NCBI RefSeq assembly: GCF_036588685.1
Contig: NC_086374.1
Location: 48,112,001 to 48,176,000, forward strand
Length of the DNA stretch: 64,000 nucleotides
Direction: 5' to 3'
Source: Mytilus trossulus
Lineage: Eukaryota
Under the pieces are notes generated by a model. It was not told the DNA's origin. It did not search any database and worked only from the letters and a program-made list of their open reading frames with translations. Position numbers and translations under genes: made by a program. The stretch's first letter is position 1. Each line of letters begins with the position of its first letter. Below are positions 24,286-33,132 of the stretch, in pieces.

Positions 24286-26589
24286 AATTTTAAAGGGTCT
24301 TGCTGATAATTTTTGTTGTATACATTTTCTTTATCAATTTGTTCCCCAAATAAGACAATCTTCTGAGCCCTTAATCAAAAATCTAAATGTTTAAATTCAG
24401 AATATCAAAGAACCCCAAAAAAAAACATTTTTTGTTAAAATCACACTAAGTTTAATAATTAACCCTTTCAACCAAATTAAAAACCGGACCTAAAATTAAA
24501 AATTAAATTTCACAGTTAAATTCGGTATATCAAAGTACACCAAAAATTCAATTTTTAAGGAAATTAAACTACACATGTAAGTTTAATTTCAAACCCTATA
24601 AACCATAATTTAGACCAATTTAAAAATGGTACCAAAATTAAAAATCTATATACAAAGTTATATTAAGCATATAAAAAAAACAATAATTCAATTTTTATTA
24701 AAATCAAACAAACTTTAATTTTGTACCCTTTGGACCTCAATGTGGACCATTTTAAATTTGGGGTCCACAATCCAAAAAAAATAATACATGGTAACATTCA
24801 GCATATTAATGTTAAAATTAGTCAAAAAAATAAGCAATTTATACCAAAAAATAGAAAAGTATTGGTTGTGTCCCCTAATTTCCAAAAAGTTAAGGCCATA
24901 ACTCTCAAAATAAATTTAATAAGAATAAAATAGTGCTATGAAACTCCCAAGATATATATGTTAAAAAAAGTCTTCAATCAAAAGCAGGTTTAGCTTCACA
25001 ATATGCTTTCATATAAAAAATGTTATAAATTGAAACAGTTATAAATGCAAAGAAAGTTGTTTCTGTGGTGTAAAACATTAAAACAAAGGTTGATTACTAC
25101 CCTAAAAAAATTGTCGTCATAAAGATTTAATAAAATTATTTGATTTTTACCTGTTACATGAGGGTAGTAAAGGGGGGTATTAAACACGCAAACAAATGAA
25201 ATAAAAATCTCAAAAACGTTGCACGAAAAATAAAGGTCGGGAAAAAATAAAGCATGACAAAAATAGCTGTAAATATTAAAGAAAAAAGTACCAAAAGTAA
25301 TTATTGAGTCGTTCTTCAAGATCATGCAGCCTTTATTAATGAACATAAAAACCTTGCAGACAACTTTTAGCATCTGCTACTTGCATCTTAATTATTTGAA
25401 AATAAAATATTATTCATAGTAATTTGATAGACTTCATTCATACAATAAATTTTGCAAAAGTAAAACATACATCAATAACTATTAGGTTACACAAATTTCA
25501 GAAGATATTACACTGTATTCCACACTTTTTAACCAAATGCGGTACATGCAAGAGAAATTAATAGCACAAACACGAAACACGGAAAACAAATAAGGGGAAA
25601 CACAAAGCAAGCAAATCAAGCCAAACACGAAAAAAGGAGAAATTTAAACATCAAAACACTAAATTTACGGAAAATAAAAAGGCCGAAAAAGTTAAAAAAA
25701 ATTACCCTTTACCCCCCTTTTACATGTATATCATAGCCGCATACCATGTATATAGGGCAGATATCATAGCCTAATATAAATACTGTATAAACTCACAAAA
25801 ATCTCATTTATTATCTCAAATAAAAGTATTTTACCTTAAATTTTATTATTTAATAGTAAATAAAACAGTTAAATGAGCATGACTGCACTTTTAATCAGTT
25901 AATAGTCCCATTATGTCCAAGACCACACTTATTTTGCAGTGCATTTCTTTTAAAACAAAAATTAAAATTAAAAAAATCCCACCTGCGCTTTCTCAAAGAA
26001 ACTTTTACAGTGTGTTGTCCTATTTTGGGACAAATTATAGAAAAAATATAGAAAACTTCATTGGCTCCAACTCCAAATATGGACAATTTCATGGTTATGG
26101 CGTCTTGAAATCTTTTCACAGCTTCCAAAGTGCTAATTTTAAGCATGTTAAGTGTAATTTAACCCTCCTACTTGTAATTTGAGGCATTAAACATGGAAAA
26201 ATTAATTTGGAAGGCATATAAAAATTAATGGCAAGTAACCCACTGTAAAACACTAGGGACTATATTTGTAAACAACGAAAATCAAGAGACGACAATTGTG
26301 GTCTCAAACCTAATGGAATATAAAGAGTTGTAAAATTTTAAAAGAACTTGGTATGACCAAAGCTTAATAAATTATAGCACTAATTACAAAGTTTCATAAC
26401 AATAGCAGGTATATTATATACAATAAGGTAAGGTCTATACTCATCTTTGCGTGTAAAATTTTGACGTAAAAATAAAAAAAAATCAACTATCAACATTTTG
26501 GGCTTTAAAAATTAAAATAGTGCAAAAAAAAAACTTTTTAAATGCCTTAATATAGCTATGCATTTAAATGGAAACATCAAGTTTGACCC

Positions 26590-26684
26590 CACAGGGACTC
26601 ATCTCAACAAAAATTTCCTATATACATGTATATAATATATATAACTTATATAGGTATGATTTTTTTCTAAGACGAGTGCCTGTG
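26590..26684. mobile_element. 95-bp hairpin MITE (CACAGG..CCTGTG), 8-bp TSD
   Basis: TSD TTTGACCC / TTGGACCC. Same family as 38320-38408. Confidence 0.75.
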
Positions 26685-27464
26685 TTGGACCCTCCCCCCC
26701 CCCCCCCCCCTTTTTTACCCTAGGTTGGGAACCCCAGTCTTAATGCTTATCCACAAGTCCTACAGCATTGATTGTAAAATTGCTCTCAGGCTTGTAAAAT
26801 TCTTCTCTACAAGCCAACAAAGTCCAACCAGACATATAATACAACATTGTATTATACTGTTCATTGTTTCTAATCCAACTAAAATTTTCAAAAAAATAAG
26901 TCTCTGGCTTCAAAACGCAAAAGTTAAGCGTAACGGCTGGAACCCCTTTTTAAAAATGTCTTAATTTGTCCCTAAGTGTTCTAATAGTAATAGTAGTCAA
27001 AAGAAATACGTTTCACATTCTTATTTATAAGTTGCAACATGTCGGTCATGGACATTTGTCATTTACATGTAACGTTAGGGCCTATAAATCACTTTTAAAC
27101 TAAAATTTAATTCCTTTTTTTAGTCGGTATTTAATGTTTAAAACTTACAAAAAAATAAGGAACATACTGTATACCATTTCACAGCATTATAATGTTCTAT
27201 ATCACCTATTATTTTAAAATTAAGACTCAGCAAATGGTTAGCGGTCAATATTTCCAGGGAAAGTTAGAGAAAACGGATGTTGACAACATGTGTATTTCCA
27301 GAGACAAGGACGGATACAATCCGAATTTAATTTTTCGCCATAAAATTGTTACCTAAAATAATATATTTATATCTAAATTTAATGTTTACAAACATACTAA
27401 ACAAAACGTAAAAAATATTTTTTGCAAACTGTGCAAACAGTACTTCAAAAAATAATGTTGGATA

Positions 27465-27670
27465 TGTAGTATTCGTAGGGTTAGTTTTAGGTCATCAGAC
27501 AGACCATCGAGAGATGTCCGAAGAACTACCCAGAAAGCATCCTCTTCCGGTTGAAACTACTAATGGCTACAGACGCTAATATTCACTAGAAGAGCAATCG
27601 GCCGTTCCTGACTGCAGGAACGACCATCCAAGGTATTTATCGGTCTCGAGATATACTCGGGGTCACAACA
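27465..27670 (+). repeat. LTR-C 5'
   Basis: TGTAGTATTC...GTCACAACA, identical to 31814-32019. Confidence 0.97.
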
Positions 27671-28193
27671 TTGGCGCTGCGAGCAATTAGCGGACAGTGT
27701 AATTGCTTGAAGTGATATTTTTTTATGTTTTTGCCGTTCAGGTTGCGAACGGCAAAAAATAGTAAGGCAGGAGGGGGAAAGGTGATTTGGTTTATTCCAG
27801 CGCGGGAATAAGTCATTTCAGGCACTCGTGGAGTATTTTGGAGGAATACTTCACGGTTGTTTAGGAGAAAGGATTGTGCAAGTAGACGTCAGGTTACCTT
27901 GCTGATCCTGGAGGGACAGCTGGGTAGCAGTCGACAAGTTATTGTTTTGTTTAGGTTACCAGTCGTGTTGTTATTGTTTTGTTTACCTCTGATAACTGCA
28001 GACCAGAAGGACGGGTTACCAGTCGTATTGTTATTATTTTGTTTACTCCGATAACCGCAGACCAGAAGGACGGGTTACCCGAAGCAGAAGTATTTGTGTT
28101 AGTCAATATATAAATTGTGGTTTAAGTGTGTTGTTTATTCTTTAAATAAATAAACTTTGTTATAAATTGTTGTTCAGTGATTTACAAAAACAA

Positions 28194-30272
28194 ATGTCAG
28201 TTGTAAACCTAAACACTTGTAGCTTTCAAGAGTTACTCCAGCTCCCAGGTATAGGCATACAAACTGGGGAGCAAATAATGGACATTAGGGAGAGCAAGGG
28301 CTATATGACCGAGTCAGACTTGGATACGATCTCCCAACTTCGAGTAACAAGGGGTCTCTTATCAAGGCTGGACTTCAGACCAAATGAAGGTGGCCCAAAT
28401 ATTCGGCCACCACCTCAGTCCCAAGTCAGGCATGGTGAGATGTTAAACATGGCACACATTGCCCCACAGGGCACTTCATCCCAAGTACAAGGCCAATCTG
28501 CATTTAGGCAAGAAGCATGGCCCCAGGGGCAAAGTCCCGGGCCCTTGGAAGGGCCCAGCCAGAGGGACTCTACCTTCCTTGAATATAGTCCATATCCTGG
28601 GGATGCTAATGCTAGACCTGAACCCACAGGGAATTGGGATGAGGGCTACAGGGAACCGTTACAGAAAAAAAAGTGGAGTCCCCATGATATTGGTGACCCA
28701 AACAAAGGTAGTCCCCCTCACCACATGTACAGGGGTAGTATTGGGAACAAGCCTGATTGGCCAGGTAAAAACAGTGTGTGGGACAAACGTACCCCAAACT
28801 ATTGGGGCACACCTTCACAACCCATGGGTCACGCATGCAACTATGCAGGTCAGGGGTCAGCACCCTGTACCCAACCAGCTTACACTGGTGGGGGACAGTA
28901 TGAGATGGCCTGTAGTAAGTATGGCAAGAGACAAGACAATAGGGGTGCAGACACAAGGCAGACCCCATCTCATGAGTATGGGGATAGGCAACCCAATAAC
29001 AAGTATAATCAAGGATATACAGCGGTGCCCCCACAAGGGGTCACCGCAGGGGTGAGCTATGGACAACAGGCCTACCCAGTACCATATAATGAGGACAGGC
29101 CTATAAAAAACCCAAGGGCACCTGACAACAGAGATGGGGCACACGGAACTTTAGGTGGCGTCTCTAGAGTTACCAGTGCCCCAAAAAATATTAAGTATGA
29201 CGGAAAGGGTAACTGGCAGGCCTTTTTCACAAAATTTGCTAGATACGCAGAGGTTTGTGAATGGGGTCCCCAGGAATGTAAAGACCAACTTTGCTGGTGC
29301 CTTGAGGGGAAGGCCAGCGAATATTATGCCCTCATAACGGAAAGGGACAGGGAGGTAAGTTATAGGGAGCTTGTGGAAAAGCTTCACAAGCGCTTTGGTT
29401 TCAAGGCACTCCCCGAGACCGCCGGGTTCAGTTTAACAATGCTCTGCAAGCCCCTGAGGAGTCTCTTGAGGACTGGGCTGATCGGGTGTTATCCTTGGCC
29501 ACCAGGGCATTTAGAAACCTCCCTGATGACTATATGTATGAGCAAGCCGTAATGCGGCTGTGCCAGGGTATTGAAAACAAACAGTTGGGAGTGCAAGTCT
29601 CTAACCTTCAGCCCCAAAGTATTGAGGAGGCCGTAGATAAAATACGGCTGTTCCAACACAACACACAGGCAATATATGGCAAGCCAAACAGGCGTGAGGT
29701 TAGGCAAGTAACTGATGGGCAGTATGAAGCCCACCATGAGGCCTTCCACGAGTATCAGGGGCCCCATGTAAGGGATACAATGGCCATCGAGGGGGCCCCA
29801 TGTAAGGGATACAATGGCCATCGAGGGGGCCCCAGCCAGTACATGGAAAGTGGAGTTAGAAAAGTCTAATAAGAAGTTTGAAAACAAACTTAGTCAAGTC
29901 AACGAAAAATTAGACGACATGATGGACCAATTCAAGCAACTCCTTACAAGCCCCATTGCAGGAAGTTGTTCACCTGGCAGACAGTCAGGGACAGAAAGTT
30001 GCCACCACTGTGGGGAGAGGGGCCATTCCAAAATGGAATGCCCAAACTTAAGAGGTAAGTCCGTCTCAGGGAGTCCCTCCACTGATAGAGGGCCTCCATT
30101 GGAGGGAGTGTGCTACCACGGTTTAAAGCCTGGACATGTTAGGAAGGACTGTCTTTATTTACAGGGGAGGGATAAAACTGTTTCCTTTATAAATCAGTCA
30201 AGCAGAACTGCAACAGTACCATTAAACTTAAACGGGACTACTCAGGAGGCCAGAGTGAGTCCCTGCAAATGA
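28194..30272 (+). pseudogene. gag: Gag with N-terminal helix-hairpin-helix domain, capsid-like domain and two zinc knuckles (two frameshifts)
   Basis: HhH: VNLNTCSFQELLQLPGIG. Gag core: KYDGKGNWQAF..W...CLEGKA and ESLEDWADRVLSLATRAF. Knuckles: CHHCGERGHSKMEC and degenerate CYHGLKPGHVRKDC. Frameshifts at ~29425 and from a 34-bp duplication at 29761-29830. Confidence 0.88.
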
Positions 30273-31582
30273 AGTTAGGCCTCTCGGTAGTTGAGTCTGT
30301 ACCCCAAGGCAGAGTAGTGGAGGTAGCTATAGGGAGCCCAGGGGTATGTGCAAGGGACAGAGAGGGAAACAGAGAACCCCGTGTGTCGGTACAGGTTAAA
30401 GCAGAGATTGAGTCAGAGCAGTGCTCCGATTCTGACAAAGAGGCAACTCCTGCAGGCGGCTTGGACTGCTACTTATTAAGATGTCTCACGAACATATTGA
30501 GGCATTGTGCACCAGAGTTTAACCACAGCTTTCTTCCAGGTGGGTATTTGTTGGTTGAGGAAATCCTTAAAAGGGACCCAGGCTTTGCGAAGTACTCCTT
30601 ACTTGATATTCATCAACTGATTAAGGTTGATGTGGACAGTAGGTTCACTTTAATAAAGGACACAGACAGTGACTGTTGGAAAATAAGGGTCAACCAGGGG
30701 TATTCCTTGATGGTGGATATCCCAGCTACACCATCAGTAGAGAAATACGAGGTGCCCCAAGGCAATTTAGTTGCTCCAGCATTGCTCACATCGGACCAAG
30801 AGGGTTCAGTGGCCAATATAATTAGAAAACCCATAGGAGCTGCTATTTTGGCCATTGAGAATAATAGTGACATTCAAAAGGTTGCTGTCCCAACAGAGAC
30901 AACGTTGGTAAGTGATGCGGAGGCCCAAGAAAGTTGGGACTCCACCTCCGACGGTGAGGCTCCTACCACTTTGGTAGAAGGGGCCAGTAATGAGAAGATA
31001 GTCACAGTTTTCCCTACTCCTGTTGTTGACGGAGGAATGACTGACAATACTGAAAACAGTCCTACATCCCTCACTTTTGATGACCCTTCCTCAACAGGAG
31101 GAACTGACAGAAAAGTCGCAACAGAAAGCAACAGTTGGCTCAACAATGAAAAAGTTATAACTTTCAAATCATCTGTCAACCAGGAATCTGTATACATTAA
31201 TCCAGAAAGCCCTGATTCAGGATTAGGGCTACTTTTTAAAACAGATAATGTTGGCACTAGGTATTTCAATCTGCAGCAGCCACCACCAGTAGACAGTGGG
31301 ACATCAGCCTTTTGTGTGAGCACAGTTAGATCGGGTCCCAACAGAAGACAATGGGATCCTGGAATTCCCTACCCAAACAAAGGTATAAATTCATTGCAAG
31401 TGAGGAAAAATGAAACAAGACTCTTCACGACGGAGAATGGATCAGCACAACCTCCTGGGTCCAACTATGTAGTGGACACGCAGCTTCTAAATGGCCTGTT
31501 TCTAGTTGGTATAAAGATGGTGAAAAGTTGGCATACGGTCCAGACTAGAACAATTCACAGTTTTCTGGGTTCCCAATTTTAG
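30269..31582 (+). CDS. ORF2 with Tpt1/KptA (TRPT1, RNA 2'-phosphotransferase) N-terminal RNA-lobe domain (30464-30718) plus a low-complexity S/T/E tail
   Basis: LLRCLTNILRHCA..PGGYLLVEEIL..FAKYSLLDIHQLI..DSRFTL..KIRVNQGYSLMV matches the Tpt1 pattern LS..LRH..DG(F/W)V....L....RF....IRANQGHS..V. No HGT NAD-lobe motif. The frame is open from 30176 and is -1 relative to gag. Confidence 0.8.
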   Translation: MKLGLSVVESVPQGRVVEVAIGSPGVCARDREGNREPRVSVQVKAEIESEQCSDSDKEATPAGGLDCYLLRCLTNILRHCAPEFNHSFLPGGYLLVEEILKRDPGFAKYSLLDIHQLIKVDVDSRFTLIKDTDSDCWKIRVNQGYSLMVDIPATPSVEKYEVPQGNLVAPALLTSDQEGSVANIIRKPIGAAILAIENNSDIQKVAVPTETTLVSDAEAQESWDSTSDGEAPTTLVEGASNEKIVTVFPTPVVDGGMTDNTENSPTSLTFDDPSSTGGTDRKVATESNSWLNNEKVITFKSSVNQESVYINPESPDSGLGLLFKTDNVGTRYFNLQQPPPVDSGTSAFCVSTVRSGPNRRQWDPGIPYPNKGINSLQVRKNETRLFTTENGSAQPPGSNYVVDTQLLNGLFLVGIKMVKSWHTVQTRTIHSFLGSQF

Positions 31583-31813
31583 GGAACCCATTGTACTAAA
31601 TTTTAGTTAATCAGTAGACCCATGGATACAAAGGGTCGTTTTGGGGGATAGGTTTTATACTTTTTAAAAATTGTTAGGGGGATAGGATGTATACTTTAAA
31701 ATCGATGCTTATTTTTTCAAAATTTGGTATTATTTCAGTATTTTATTGATTTTGGGCGAAAAACACAGGGCCCCCATCATTAGAGGGGGCCTTATTAATA
31801 AAACTGGGGGGAG

Positions 31814-32019
31814 TGTAGTATTCGTAGGGTTAGTTTTAGGTCATCAGACAGACCATCGAGAGATGTCCGAAGAACTACCCAGAAAGCATCCTCTTCCGGT
31901 TGAAACTACTAATGGCTACAGACGCTAATATTCACTAGAAGAGCAATCGGCCGTTCCTGACTGCAGGAACGACCATCCAAGGTATTTATCGGTCTCGAGA
32001 TATACTCGGGGTCACAACA
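31814..32019 (+). repeat. LTR-C 3'
   Basis: Identical to the 5' LTR and followed by TSD GATA. Confidence 0.97.
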
Positions 32020-32289
32020 GATAGATTGGTGAATAAAACATACAAAAATAAATATTGGTGAACTCGGCTAAATTGGCAAACTTCAGTAAGTTGGCAAATA
32101 TTACAGATACACATTGCATCTATGCATGGCAAGCATTAATGTTTTCCTGAATGTTTGCAACCAAGCGAACAGTATTAGTTTGTAAATGTTTGCGAATAGT
32201 AATGACTACATAAATACTGGCAATGATAGCGACGCTGGCGATATTTGAATGAATTTGTAAATGTTAGCGAACAGTATTAAGTTTCGTAA

Positions 32290-33100
32290 ATGTTGGCGAC
32301 ATTGACGAACAGTTATGAGTTCATAAATGTTGGCGATGTTGGCAAACAGTAATGTTTCATAAATGTTGGCGACGTTGGCGAACAGTACAGTTTGTAAATG
32401 TTGGCAACGTTGGCGACGTTGGTGAACAGTGATGTTTCATAAATGTTGGCGATGTTGGGGACGTTGGCGAACAGTTATGAGTTTGTAAATGTTGGCGCAT
32501 TGGAGAACTGTAATGTTTCATAAATGTTGGCGACGTTGGCGAACAGTATTGAGTTCATAAATGTTGGCGACGTTGGCTAACAGTATTGAGTTCATCAATG
32601 TTGGCAACGTTGGCGACGTTGGCGAACAGTATTGAGTTCATAAATGTTGGCGATGTTGGCGACGTTGGCGAACAGTATTGAGTTCATAAATGTTGGCGAC
32701 GTTGGCAAACAGTATTGAGTTCATAAATGTTGGCGACGTTGGCGAACAGTATTGAGTTCATAAATGTTGGCGACGTTGGCGAACAGTATTGAGTTCATAA
32801 ATGTTGGTGACGTTGGCGAACAGTATTGAGTTCATAAATGTTGGCGACGTTGGCGAACAGTATTGAGTTCATAAATGTTGGCGACGTTGGCGAACAGTAT
32901 TGAGTTCATAAATGTTGGCGACGTTGGCGACGTTGGCGAACAGTATTGAGTTCATAAATGTTGGCGACGTTGGCGACGTTGGCGAACAGTATTGAGTTCA
33001 TAAATGTTGGCGACGTTGGCGAACAGTATTGAGTTCATAAATGTTGGCGACGTTGGCGAATAGTAAGGATTTCGTAAATGTTGGCGACGTTGGCGACATT
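32290..33100 (-). repeat. Right subterminal tandem array (37/46-bp units)
   Basis: Unit AAATGTTGGCGACGTTGGCGAACAGTATTGAGTTCAT. Its core is the reverse complement of the left array core. Confidence 0.95.
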
Positions 33101-33132
33101 TGCGAACATTTACACAATCCTGTACCAGAATG

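Larger units (their letters stand above)
27465..32019 (+). mobile_element. Non-autonomous (pol-less) Gypsy-type LTR retrotransposon encoding HhH-Gag and a Tpt1/KptA-domain ORF
   Basis: Identical 206-bp LTRs (27465-27670, 31814-32019; TGT..ACA) and TSD GATA. PBS TGGCGCTGCGAGCA is tRNA-Ser-like; PPT is AAAACTGGGGGGAG. No protease, RT, RNase H or integrase motifs inside. Confidence 0.95.
7902..33132. mobile_element. 25.2-kb foldback-like TIR DNA transposon with 8-bp TSD (hAT/P/Zisupton-like); no transposase seen
   Basis: Left end CAGGCTGGTACAGGATTGGGGAAATGTTCGTAAATGTCGCCAACG; right end reverse-complements to CATTCTGGTACAGGATTGTGTAAATGTTCGCAAATGTCGCCAACG. TSD TAAAAAGT (7894-7901) / GAAAAAGT (33133-33140). 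Excision restores LINE frame LDIEKVSTDNP. Confidence 0.9.

Noticed and set aside
25159-25722. Possible MITE GAGGGTAGTAAAGGG..CCCTTTACCCCCC
   Set aside because: The inverted ends are short and degenerate and no TSD could be fixed.
22110-27460. Transposase for the 25-kb element
   Set aside because: Only short AT-rich ORFs with no DDE, BED or THAP motifs recognised. A decayed, intron-split gene cannot be excluded without a search.
30269-31582. Host TRPT1 gene
   Set aside because: It is intronless, lies between LTRs and lacks the HGT/NAD lobe, so it is treated as a captured domain and no gene symbol is given.
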